Below, piece after piece: positions 1 to 7,231 of a DNA stretch of 64,000 nt (positions within the stretch are counted from its first letter, which is position 1; the number at the start of each line of letters is the position of its first letter). A model generated the notes under the pieces. The model was not told the origin of the DNA. It saw nothing but the letters and a program-made list of their open reading frames with translations, and made no database searches. This DNA comes from a virus (taxonomy: Duplodnaviria > Caudoviricetes): positions 1-64,000 of the IMG/VR virus record IMGVR_UViG_3300030333_001364. One strand, written 5' to 3'. Position numbers and translations under genes: made by a program.

Positions 1-192
1 CATTACCCTGATGATGACCCATATCAGGAGAGCAATGAAATCTATTATAATATGGTAGATTTCTTAGATGACTCAGAAGTACATCAAATCTGGGAAATTG
101 TCGGCAAGGCAATGGACAGAAATAATATTGTCACAACAGACAATGAAAGTCTATCAGTCAGGGTGTATGATGAAATCAATGACGAGGACTAA
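1..192 (+). CDS. Partial (5'-truncated) acidic early hypothetical protein
   Basis: Frame 1 is open from base 1 to TAA at 190-192 (HYPDDDPY...VRVYDEINDED). Acidic composition matches neighbouring early ORFs. Preferred over track ORF 68..256. Confidence 0.6.
   Translation, partial: HYPDDDPYQESNEIYYNMVDFLDDSEVHQIWEIVGKAMDRNNIVTTDNESLSVRVYDEINDED
113..171 (+). promoter_or_regulatory. Early promoter cassette (palindrome + -10), embedded in CDS
   Basis: TGGACAGAAATAATATTGTCACA 113-135. TATGAT at 166-171, the same spacing as the other copies. Confidence 0.55.
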
Positions 193-195
193 CTC

Positions 196-348
196 ATGGA
201 CATTCAAGACTTTGACATTTACCCACTACTGTCATTCAGACAGCGTGAACAACTAACAGACTTATTTTGTGAGGTTGTTGCTGAACATGGGTATGACCTT
301 GATACCTTTGACTGGAATATCATAGGCACAGGAGCAAAGAAGCAATGA
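196..348 (+). CDS. Small early hypothetical protein (50 aa)
   Basis: MDIQDFDIYPLL...GAKKQ, translated by hand. ATGA overlap with the next ORF. Confidence 0.65.
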   Translation: MDIQDFDIYPLLSFRQREQLTDLFCEVVAEHGYDLDTFDWNIIGTGAKKQ

Positions 349-533
349 GTACTCAAAGAACTATCACACTCTTAGATGAGTGTCATGGTATCATTGACGA
401 GCGTGATACTGCTATGTCACATGACTTAGTTGAGTGTATGTTTCATTTGTTAGACATACATCAATTAGAACAATTACAAGACATCATTACAAATCAATTT
501 GCTAATGAATATTATGACTCTATAATCAAATGA
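345..533 (+). CDS. Early hypothetical protein
   Basis: Track ORF, ATGA-coupled on both sides. Confidence 0.7.
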   Translation: MSTQRTITLLDECHGIIDERDTAMSHDLVECMFHLLDIHQLEQLQDIITNQFANEYYDSIIK

Positions 534-895
534 CTATCTCAAAAACACAACTTGAATATCTTACTCGACCACTAACTGAGGATACTGAATTTTTTATTCA
601 TAAATCAGATTTAGAACTCATACTCAGGACATTCAACTATCTCTTACAAAAACCTGTCACAAATGTGTTTACAGATTCCCCACTATGGGGTTGTCAATGT
701 AAAGAGTTAGCAGAACATTTGACAATTCAAATCAGTTCAACTCTAAACAGAAGTACTCGTAAGAACTGGCAACTCGTCAAGTACAATAACCCTAGTAGTG
801 GTAGGTATGGGAGACACCCTTACTCACATTATGGAACATACCCTGCTATTAGAGAAGAGAAGTACCCTTTCAATCATACAGTAGGTAAGTACTAA
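530..895 (+). CDS. Early hypothetical protein
   Basis: 121-aa ORF, translationally coupled to its neighbours. Confidence 0.7.
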   Translation: MTISKTQLEYLTRPLTEDTEFFIHKSDLELILRTFNYLLQKPVTNVFTDSPLWGCQCKELAEHLTIQISSTLNRSTRKNWQLVKYNNPSSGRYGRHPYSHYGTYPAIREEKYPFNHTVGKY

Positions 896-1098
896 TGAAA
901 ACTATTACTTACACTAATGATGAACTACACGCTTTTAGTGAGCATGTAACATGGTGCATCTATGAACAAGATCAACCAGTAGATGATAACTTAGAAAGTT
1001 TCATTCACAAAACATTATATGATAATCAAGCAAAAACTGTTGCTAACGATTATAATGAATGTGTTGACACATTATTGGACAGTATGAACAATGCCTGA
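895..1098 (+). CDS. Early hypothetical protein
   Basis: TAATG coupling; acidic 67 aa. Confidence 0.7.
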   Translation: MKTITYTNDELHAFSEHVTWCIYEQDQPVDDNLESFIHKTLYDNQAKTVANDYNECVDTLLDSMNNA

Positions 1099-1264
1099 TA
1101 TTTCACATTTCACAAGAGATCAATTACTTGCTTTGATGAATACCGTAGATTTTGCTATGGATAATGATGCAAGTTATGAGGAATATACCATTATAAAAAG
1201 TGGCACAACTGATCTACAAAGTATAAGAGATATACTGTACAATAAGATCATAGAACAGGGGTAA
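1091..1264 (+). CDS. Small early hypothetical protein (57 aa)
   Basis: MPDISHFTRDQLLALMN...KIIEQG, translated by hand; fills the gap between ORFs. Confidence 0.6.
   Translation: MPDISHFTRDQLLALMNTVDFAMDNDASYEEYTIIKSGTTDLQSIRDILYNKIIEQG
1184..1243 (+). promoter_or_regulatory. Early promoter cassette, embedded in CDS
   Basis: TATACCATTATAAAAAGTGGCACA 1184-1207; TACAAT 1238-1243. Confidence 0.5.
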
Positions 1265-1268
1265 ACCT

Positions 1269-1472
1269 ATGACACATTTCAACTCATCATTTCCTAACTC
1301 ATCAAAACAAGTTGGTTCGTTTACTGACATTATAGGTAGAGAATATACCATACTTCGTGAGCGTGTAAATGGTTACGTCCAATTCAACGTCAATGGTATG
1401 ATCTTTGACAATTTCCAAGAGGTTCGTGAATACAGAGAAGAACTACAGTCTCATGGAGTTCGTGTATCGTGA
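1269..1472 (+). CDS. Early hypothetical protein
   Basis: 67-aa ORF downstream of a promoter cassette. Confidence 0.7.
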   Translation: MTHFNSSFPNSSKQVGSFTDIIGREYTILRERVNGYVQFNVNGMIFDNFQEVREYREELQSHGVRVS

Positions 1473-1611
1473 AACAGAACTTATACTTGAAACTATTACG
1501 CAGACCGCCATTTTTCAAGATAGTGACTATTAGAGAAGAATTATCTAAGGTCACTCAAGAGAACTGGCGAGACATCAAATTAGACATTGACAACTATTTC
1601 AGAACATCATC

Positions 1612-1878
1612 ATGACTTGCAATTTACCCCCTAACGCTTCTAAAGAAGAGATCACAACTGACATGGTCGAACAGTTTGTAGAGATACAACTGGACAACGC
1701 AGACACTCAATTCTTATATGAACTTGCTAAAGATCATTTACTGCAAGCATATGAGACGCTAACGTATGAAGAGGTAAAAGAAAGGATAATCTCATTATAC
1801 GATAAGGAACTATGGTTAGAGTTGTTAGATAATGCAACTTTTACCTACAATAGCAAGAATATACCAGAAAGATATTGA
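1612..1878 (+). CDS. Early hypothetical protein
   Basis: 88-aa acidic, helical-looking ORF. Confidence 0.7.
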   Translation: MTCNLPPNASKEEITTDMVEQFVEIQLDNADTQFLYELAKDHLLQAYETLTYEEVKERIISLYDKELWLELLDNATFTYNSKNIPERY

Positions 1879-1939
1879 GTGTACCAGTAATAATATTGTC
1901 ACATTATCCATTGCAAGTGTTGATAGTGCTGATTATCAT
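1879..1939 (+). promoter_or_regulatory. Early promoter cassette
   Basis: GTGTACCAGTAATAATATTGTCACA, then TTGCAA (1911)-17 nt-TATCAT (1934). Confidence 0.75.
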
Positions 1940-1965
1940 GTGTTTATACACATCAATTTATTATT

Positions 1966-2145
1966 ATGCAAATCAGACTAGATGAGCGTTATTCACAATA
2001 CTTAGAGTGGTGCGGTTGCCCTCGTCCTAAGTATACTGCAAGATTTTGTGATGACCTATTAGGTTATTTCGATACTCAAGAGGAAGCAATTACAATGTGT
2101 TTAGAACACCGCAGAGATTCACTTATTGACATGGGGTTATTATGA
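1966..2145 (+). CDS. Small early hypothetical protein (59 aa)
   Basis: MQIRLDERYSQYLEWCGCPRPKY..., translated by hand. TTATTATG start context; ATGA overlap downstream. Confidence 0.7.
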   Translation: MQIRLDERYSQYLEWCGCPRPKYTARFCDDLLGYFDTQEEAITMCLEHRRDSLIDMGLL

Positions 2146-2360
2146 ATTTCATAGTAACTGATGTTGAATATGATTTCAATGACTCACTAAGTGAGATATA
2201 TTCTATCTCAAAAGATGAGCAAGATCAAATAGTTGCTGACACGTTAGGATTATGGTCAGCAACTGATGAGGACGATTTGATAGAGGAAATCACTTGTGCT
2301 AGTGGGTGGTGCATCAAATCTATTGACTATGATATACAACTCAAGGGTGTGCCAGTATGA
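2142..2360 (+). CDS. Acidic cyanophage early hypothetical protein
   Basis: DEDDLIEEIT..GWCIKSIDY motif, recalled from cyanomyovirus early genes. Confidence 0.75.
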   Translation: MNFIVTDVEYDFNDSLSEIYSISKDEQDQIVADTLGLWSATDEDDLIEEITCASGWCIKSIDYDIQLKGVPV

Positions 2361-2408
2361 ATACTGTCTACTTTGACTTGTATTTCAAATCAGATCAATT
2401 ATTATACT
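2347..2408 (+). promoter_or_regulatory. Early promoter cassette
   Basis: GTGTGCCAGTATGAATACTGTCTAC; TTGTAT at 2378; TATTAT/TATACT at 2400-2408. Confidence 0.7.
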
Positions 2409-2430
2409 AAAAGATCAAACAATTATTCTT

Positions 2431-2739
2431 ATGAACTCAGGGTATCACACCACATCTAACACCGATCTAAACAATGAGTTATCAAACTTTATTGATTATG
2501 TCGATTCATTCTATGGTCAGAATGACCCTGTTTATCCTATGAAATCTATTGTAGGCGATCTACCACTTGATAAGAGTGCTATTCTTGATGCCACTTATGA
2601 ATACCTCTCAACTATCTCTAAGAGAAATTCTGACACCTATACATGGGGTGGTGGGGATTCACTTGATAGAGAAAGGGTTAGAGATATTCTATTGAATAGT
2701 GGATACTTTCTTACACACTTACAACATAAGGAGTTTTAG
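2431..2739 (+). CDS. Conserved cyanophage early hypothetical protein
   Basis: FIDYVDSFYG...WGGGDSLDRERVRDIL motif. Confidence 0.75.
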   Translation: MNSGYHTTSNTDLNNELSNFIDYVDSFYGQNDPVYPMKSIVGDLPLDKSAILDATYEYLSTISKRNSDTYTWGGGDSLDRERVRDILLNSGYFLTHLQHKEF

Positions 2740-2950
2740 AGTGAACATTTCAGAAATTCAAAAAATCAACATGTTCGATAGGTATGTTATGCGAGGTGGT
2801 TTAGATACACTAGACAGCATACAAGAATTATGTCAAGAAGTTATGACTATGTGTGGTATGGACATACCAACGGATAGTGATATGTTCAATGATATAGTAA
2901 CTGACGTGATAAAGAAATCAATCCCTAACACTCATAGGAGACTCAAATGA
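2699..2950 (+). CDS. Early hypothetical protein (true start probably GTG 2741 or ATG 2771)
   Basis: Track ORF, ATGA-coupled to the next gene. Confidence 0.6.
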   Translation: MDTFLHTYNIRSFRVNISEIQKINMFDRYVMRGGLDTLDSIQELCQEVMTMCGMDIPTDSDMFNDIVTDVIKKSIPNTHRRLK

Positions 2951-3291
2951 GAACATTTTTATATAAAGACTATCTCAATGACAATTATGGTAAGTTTTTA
3001 CCTATTCAGACTATTGAGAGTGAGTATTTTGGACGTCACTTCTTTATTGACATTGCCTTTGAGTTCATTACAGCACCCTCTTATAAGGACGGTGGGTATG
3101 ATGAGCAAGGATTTCAGTATGTAAGTGAAATGGTACAAGAGAATGGACTAGACGGTATTGACCTATCAAAACTATTTGACATCTATCGTGACCTTACATG
3201 GCAAGAAAATCATGATAGCAATGAAAAACATAGTAGTGAGTTCGCTTCATATATTGATGACGTTGAAAAGGGAAATATAGAATACTTATGA
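2947..3291 (+). CDS. Early hypothetical protein
   Basis: 114-aa ORF preceded by AGGAG. Confidence 0.75.
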   Translation: MRTFLYKDYLNDNYGKFLPIQTIESEYFGRHFFIDIAFEFITAPSYKDGGYDEQGFQYVSEMVQENGLDGIDLSKLFDIYRDLTWQENHDSNEKHSSEFASYIDDVEKGNIEYL

Positions 3292-3345
3292 CAGTTATAT
3301 TACTGTCACATGAGTATTCTATTCTCATTCAATAAGGATTATACT
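3288..3345 (+). promoter_or_regulatory. Early promoter cassette
   Basis: Perfect inverted repeat TGACAGT-TATATT-ACTGTCA; TATACT at 3340. Confidence 0.75.
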
Positions 3346-3367
3346 ACTATCAGATACAACAATTATT

Positions 3368-3586
3368 ATGAACCCAAATCAACCAACATTCTTATTCACA
3401 TGTGAGACACCTAACAAATTTGTAGGTGGAGACGTGTATTCTAATGATCTCAATAGTATAGAGGACTATTGCATAGAAATGGGTATAGATCATGGTTACA
3501 GTATTGTTAGAAACAATGTAACTGGGGAAATCGTATTTGAGCATGGCGATCAAATGATGCAACAAATAGAGGACGGTATCATATAA
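3368..3586 (+). CDS. Early hypothetical protein
   Basis: TTATTATG start directly after a promoter cassette. Confidence 0.7.
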   Translation: MNPNQPTFLFTCETPNKFVGGDVYSNDLNSIEDYCIEMGIDHGYSIVRNNVTGEIVFEHGDQMMQQIEDGII

Positions 3587-3792
3587 TGGCATATTGTGAT
3601 TCATGTGGTAACTATGATGACTCTCATGAGTCATCTAAGGACACTCAAGACTATCAACCTGACTTATATTACTATTGGCAATATCCCTTAGAAGAGGACT
3701 ATCTAATGCCCAATGGATATGAGTGCATGTGTGAAATATGTTTTGATATTGCTAATGAAGAGGGCAAAATTCAATGGAAGTGTGCCAGTTGA
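3586..3792 (+). CDS. Small Cys-rich putative Zn-binding protein
   Basis: CDSC near the N-terminus and CMCEIC near the C-terminus. Confidence 0.65.
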   Translation: MAYCDSCGNYDDSHESSKDTQDYQPDLYYYWQYPLEEDYLMPNGYECMCEICFDIANEEGKIQWKCAS

Positions 3793-3842
3793 GATAGTGT
3801 CACATTCGTTATTGATTTCTTCGTTCATTCGTTTATTATATT
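3781..3842 (+). promoter_or_regulatory. Early promoter cassette
   Basis: TGTGCCAGTTGAGATAGTGTCACA; TTGATT at 3812; TATTAT at 3834. Confidence 0.75.
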
Positions 3843-3864
3843 ACTATAACAAACATTATTTCAA

Positions 3865-3993
3865 ATGAGTAATCTAAACAATGATCTCTTACTTGAATCA
3901 CTCTATGAGCAAGTAATCGAAGAGAATCCAAATTTATCTGAATCAGAACAGATAGAACTTACAAAACAGTTATTCGAGGACATGATACAATGA
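3865..3993 (+). CDS. Small early protein (42 aa)
   Basis: MSNLNNDLLLESLYEQVIEENP...LFEDMIQ, translated by hand. Confidence 0.65.
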   Translation: MSNLNNDLLLESLYEQVIEENPNLSESEQIELTKQLFEDMIQ

Positions 3994-4115
3994 TCTATGA
4001 ACCAAAAACTGAGACTGTCAAGTTTTATAATGCAATGGCACTATATTTTGATGACAGCATCACATTTGAAGAATTTACAACTATCGTGGAGGATTTGAGA
4101 AATGAGGACATGTAA
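3990..4115 (+). CDS. Small early protein (41 aa)
   Basis: MIYEPKTETVKFYNAM..., ATGA-coupled. Confidence 0.55.
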   Translation: MIYEPKTETVKFYNAMALYFDDSITFEEFTTIVEDLRNEDM

Positions 4116-4245
4116 GGAAACAAGAGTGATTCTATCCCCTAAGGATAGAGCATATCTCAGAATAGAAACAAGTTATCGTGATCTCGCATATATCTACTTC
4201 ACTATGATAGAGCAAGATTTTCGTGTATTGAACAAACCAATGTGA
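4102..4245 (+). CDS. Small early protein (47 aa)
   Basis: MRTCKETRVILSPKDR..., with GGAGG upstream; stop codon lies inside the next cassette. Confidence 0.5.
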   Translation: MRTCKETRVILSPKDRAYLRIETSYRDLAYIYFTMIEQDFRVLNKPM

Positions 4246-4301
4246 CAGTTATCAAACTGTCTACAAATCGTCCAATAGTCTCACTATTCGATTATTATGA
4301 T
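4241..4301 (+). promoter_or_regulatory. Early promoter cassette
   Basis: TGTGACAGTT-ATCA-AACTGTCTAC; TATTAT/TATGAT at 4293-4301. Confidence 0.75.
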
Positions 4302-4326
4302 ACCATAAGCAATTCATTTTATTATT

Positions 4327-4521
4327 ATGCAATTTCAAATCGGAGACTACGTCAAGACTACTGAAGAGTTCAATAACTCTCAATGTGTCACATGTGTAGG
4401 TAAGGTTATTGGTCTAGGGGATAACTATGCTATCGTAAGAAATTATGATAGTACTTGTGAAGAATTAGACTTTATGAGTTTATTTCAATCTGACTTGCAA
4501 TTAGTGAGAGATCTAATCTGA
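4327..4521 (+). CDS. Early hypothetical protein, possible SH3-like/KOW beta-barrel
   Basis: FQIGDYVK...GKVIG...AIVR...DLQLV pattern. Confidence 0.65.
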   Translation: MQFQIGDYVKTTEEFNNSQCVTCVGKVIGLGDNYAIVRNYDSTCEELDFMSLFQSDLQLVRDLI

Positions 4522-4603
4522 TCTCTCATTTATCCTAATTAGAGAGGCGAAAGCGTGTATCAAATTATACATTACTTCGTCTATGCGTGTATGTGTGTAC
4601 GCA

Positions 4604-4664
4604 TGTGACACTTTTATTACTGTCTACTACTGTCACTATTACTCACAATACCGACTAATATAGT
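4604..4664 (+). promoter_or_regulatory. Early promoter cassette
   Basis: TGTGACACTTTTATTACTGTCTAC; TAATAT/TATAGT at 4656-4664. Confidence 0.7.
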
Positions 4665-4686
4665 ATCAAGTAAATCTTTTATTATT

Positions 4687-4905
4687 ATGACTCTTTCAAT
4701 TACAAAACGTGAGGTATTATCTCAAGTCAGATATAATCTCAAAGTTGAATCTATGAGACGTAAAAACATAGGTATCAAACAAATGAGTAAATTAGATAAA
4801 GTCTTTTATTGGTCAGATTTTACTGAAGCATTGTATAGAGATCAAATTATAACTGAATCTCAAATCCGTAGGTGGTCTAATCCTTATGAATTTCGTAACT
4901 ATTAG
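4687..4905 (+). CDS. Early hypothetical protein
   Basis: WSDFTEALYRDQIITESQ..RWSNPY motif; TTATTATG start. Confidence 0.75.
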   Translation: MTLSITKREVLSQVRYNLKVESMRRKNIGIKQMSKLDKVFYWSDFTEALYRDQIITESQIRRWSNPYEFRNY

Positions 4906-4920
4906 AGATAAAATCAAAGA

Positions 4921-4981
4921 GTGTGACAGTTATATTAGTGTCACATTCTTTGTACAATTCTCATGAACTTACGTTTATCAT
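4921..4981 (+). promoter_or_regulatory. Early promoter cassette
   Basis: GTGTGACAGTTATATTAGTGTCACA; TATCAT at 4976. Confidence 0.75.
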
Positions 4982-5009
4982 AGGGTTATACAACATTTAT
5001 TCAATCGTT

Positions 5010-5501
5010 ATGGAATTTGATCTCAACCAACTAACCAACAAATATCTTTGGTCTACATTCTCAAAACCGTCTCAAGATACGTCTTTGTTTATGAGAATGT
5101 ATTGTAACCAAAAAACTGTCAATACTGATGACCATAAAATTGGTAATACTGAGACTAAGGTACGTCAAGACGGTTCTAAAATTGTAGATGTATTTCTACA
5201 TGGTAACCTTATATGCTCATATGACCCTACCAACTATGAGAATGAAAAGGTAAAATTGTATAGTGCTAATCACTTCACAAAAACAACTAAGGATAGACTC
5301 AACGCTATTCTATACTTGCATACTAATAATACTGTTAGAATCAAGCAAGTTAGAGGTAAGTGGATAGTATCAGATACAAAAACAGATACGGAAATAAATT
5401 TCTATGAGGGCATGGTAATTTTTCAAAAACCACTCACTCTTGCTGATGTATCAAATGATACAAAGATAGAAACTCAAATGGTTGTGGAGTGGACGGTATA
5501 A
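5010..5501 (+). CDS. Conserved cyanophage early hypothetical protein (start moved to ATG 5010)
   Basis: VFLHGNLI...TKTTKDRLNAIL motif. The upstream part of the track ORF is the promoter cassette. Confidence 0.75.
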   Translation: MEFDLNQLTNKYLWSTFSKPSQDTSLFMRMYCNQKTVNTDDHKIGNTETKVRQDGSKIVDVFLHGNLICSYDPTNYENEKVKLYSANHFTKTTKDRLNAILYLHTNNTVRIKQVRGKWIVSDTKTDTEINFYEGMVIFQKPLTLADVSNDTKIETQMVVEWTV

Positions 5502-5547
5502 AAACCGTCCATTTTTACTTCCATTATTCAGATTATGCTTTTATAAT
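5489..5547 (+). promoter_or_regulatory. Early promoter cassette, compensatory variant
   Basis: Perfect inverted repeat TGGACGGT-ATAAAA-ACCGTCCA; TATAAT at 5542. Confidence 0.7.
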
Positions 5548-5574
5548 GGATACATAAGCAATTTTATTTCAATC

Positions 5575-5916
5575 ATGACTACTCTAAAAACAATTCTACT
5601 AGATGCAATAAACAATGATCTAGCATCTAGCACTTATGATAATCCTATTCTAAACAATAAGGATTATAAAAACTGGTCAGATAGTGACAAATTTGAATGG
5701 TGCTTTGATAGGTACATGGTAGAGGTAGGTGGTTATGAATCCCTAGAATATTGGTTCTCAGGGTTAGCACTTAGTTCAATTCCATTTACTTATTATGAAA
5801 TTGAAAAGTTAGGATACAATGCTGAGACATTCTTTCAAGACTTATCTGACGAATTACAACTAATTACAGGTTATTCAGACAGAAAAGCATTTTATAACAG
5901 AAAGATACGCTCATAG
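5575..5916 (+). CDS. Early hypothetical protein (start moved to ATG 5575)
   Basis: LEYWFSGLA..IPFTYYEI motif; follows a promoter cassette. Confidence 0.7.
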   Translation: MTTLKTILLDAINNDLASSTYDNPILNNKDYKNWSDSDKFEWCFDRYMVEVGGYESLEYWFSGLALSSIPFTYYEIEKLGYNAETFFQDLSDELQLITGYSDRKAFYNRKIRS

Positions 5917-5951
5917 GTATCATTTTATACCAGGCGCATAGGTTAGACTTC

Positions 5952-6061
5952 TTCGTCTAATCTATTCGTCTATTATACTAATTACTTCGTCCATTCGTCT
6001 ATTTTTCTTATTATGTTCGTCTATTCGTCTAAATTACTGCAATTACTAGGTATTTCGTCTA
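5952..6061 (+). repeat. Cluster of seven TTCGTC(T/C)A direct repeats
   Basis: TTCGTC at 5952, 5965, 5986, 5994, 6016, 6024 and 6054, all on the + strand. Confidence 0.85.
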
Positions 6062-6262
6062 TTCTCCTAGTATGCTTATATGCTCATATTGTTTATAATA
6101 TAACCCTATTATCTACATTATGAACTATAATAAAAAGGTATAAATAAATGTTTTTTATTTCTTTATACATTATTATAAATGTGCTATGTAATTGTACTCT
6201 TAGCGAGCATGCTATAAAAAGTCAAGTACATTTGATACAATGCTCACAAATCCACACATGAG

Positions 6263-6295
6263 TTTTCCACAGGTTTTTCCACAGAGTTTTCCACA
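6263..6295 (+). promoter_or_regulatory. Three tandem cyanobacterial-type DnaA boxes
   Basis: TTTTCCACA at 6263, 6275 and 6287 (12-bp period); degenerate AAATCCACA at 6248. Confidence 0.7.
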
Positions 6296-6316
6296 GGCAC
6301 TATGATACACTCACAG

Positions 6317-6480
6317 GTAACAAATGTTACACAGCACAATGATACAGCAGCATGTATCAAATGTTACATGCACACTATGAGGTATAATATGATACAATAA
6401 AAATAACAGTACATTTGATATTCTGTCAAGTACATATGATACAATCTCATGTATCAAATGTTACATGTATCAAAATATAC
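6317..6480. promoter_or_regulatory. Array of NtcA-type GTA-N8-TAC palindromes
   Basis: Perfect sites at 6317, 6354, 6382, 6451 and 6467. TGTATCAAATGTTACATG occurs twice. Confidence 0.6.
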
Positions 6481-6689
6481 AATGTATAAAATGTACATAT
6501 CTTTTTTCCAGGAATTATGCTAGACTTAGGAGGGTGACTTTTGTAGAGATTATTTCATGGCAGGGGGAGTGTCGAACATTTTCTAAAGTCCTACCCCAGA
6601 CTTGCTATAACCAGTATAGCAAAATCAGAAAAAGACTGCTGTACATATGATACAATTTGATGTGACATATGATACAAACTCATGTAACA

Positions 6690-6748
6690 GAAACAGTTGA
6701 GAAATTGGCACATTGCCTATTGTGTAGATTTGAAATCCAGACTAATAT
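6690..6748 (+). promoter_or_regulatory. Early promoter cassette
   Basis: GAAACAGTTGAGAAATTGGCACA, then TTGTGT (6720)-17 nt-TAATAT (6743). Confidence 0.7.
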
Positions 6749-6781
6749 AGGTACATACAAAACATTATTTCATTCTTTATC

Positions 6782-7108
6782 ATGTTCGGAACTGCACCTA
6801 ACACTTACAAAATCAACACTAACTTCAATAATGTTGAGTTCAATGTAAGTACTAAGGCATGTCTCAAAGTTATTAGAAACAATCCTAAGGGAATCAACCT
6901 AACTGACATAGTTAGAACTTTACACCCTGATTTTGATTTCAATCTTCTAACTAAGCATAACTTCGCTAAAGCAATTCAACCCTTAGTCGTGAATCGTCAA
7001 GTGAAAGCGATTATGTCAGCATCTGGAAAGCGTGTTCAGATGTACAAACCAGTGAAACCTTCAAAGCGTGTTATCTTTGCTCAGTTCATAAAAGATATTA
7101 CTGCTTAG
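6782..7108 (+). CDS. Basic putative winged-helix DNA-binding protein
   Basis: Helix-GINLTDIVRTL-helix (FAKAIQPLV..RQV), then a beta-hairpin wing (KAIMS..GKRVQMYKP). K/R rich. Confidence 0.55.
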   Translation: MFGTAPNTYKINTNFNNVEFNVSTKACLKVIRNNPKGINLTDIVRTLHPDFDFNLLTKHNFAKAIQPLVVNRQVKAIMSASGKRVQMYKPVKPSKRVIFAQFIKDITA

Positions 7109-7122
7109 TTTCCAGGATTTGA

Positions 7123-7157
7123 CAGGTGGGTTCGTTCCGTTTACCCACCTCTGTTTT
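7123..7157 (+). terminator. Putative intrinsic terminator
   Basis: AGGTGGGT/ACCCACCT stem followed by CTGTTTT, right after the 6782 gene. Confidence 0.55.
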
Positions 7158-7231
7158 ATAAATCATGTAACACAGTTCGTCCCATCTGTCAACCACATAA
7201 CAAGCGTAATGTTCGCACCTCACACTCTCAG

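Larger units (their letters stand above)
5917..6700. other. Putative replication origin or regulatory hub (non-coding)
   Basis: About 0.8 kb with no credible ORF, containing direct repeats, an AT-rich tract (~6085-6180), a DnaA-box cluster and a palindrome array. Confidence 0.55.

Noticed and set aside
68-256. Track ORF of 62 aa
   Set aside because: It overlaps two better frames (1-192 and 196-348) that match the acidic composition and coupling of the neighbours.
1453-1615. Small ORF filling the gap (GTG 1469-1615 or ATG 1453-1533)
   Set aside because: Two competing short frames that I could not choose between, so neither is listed as a feature.
6465-6650. Track ORF of 61 aa
   Set aside because: It runs through the palindrome array, with no RBS and implausible composition.
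113-6748. Early cassettes as a CRISPR array or as CRP sites
   Set aside because: The repeats are degenerate, separated by whole genes, and no cas genes are present. The TGTGA-TCACA spacing is 14 nt, not the 6 nt of CRP sites.
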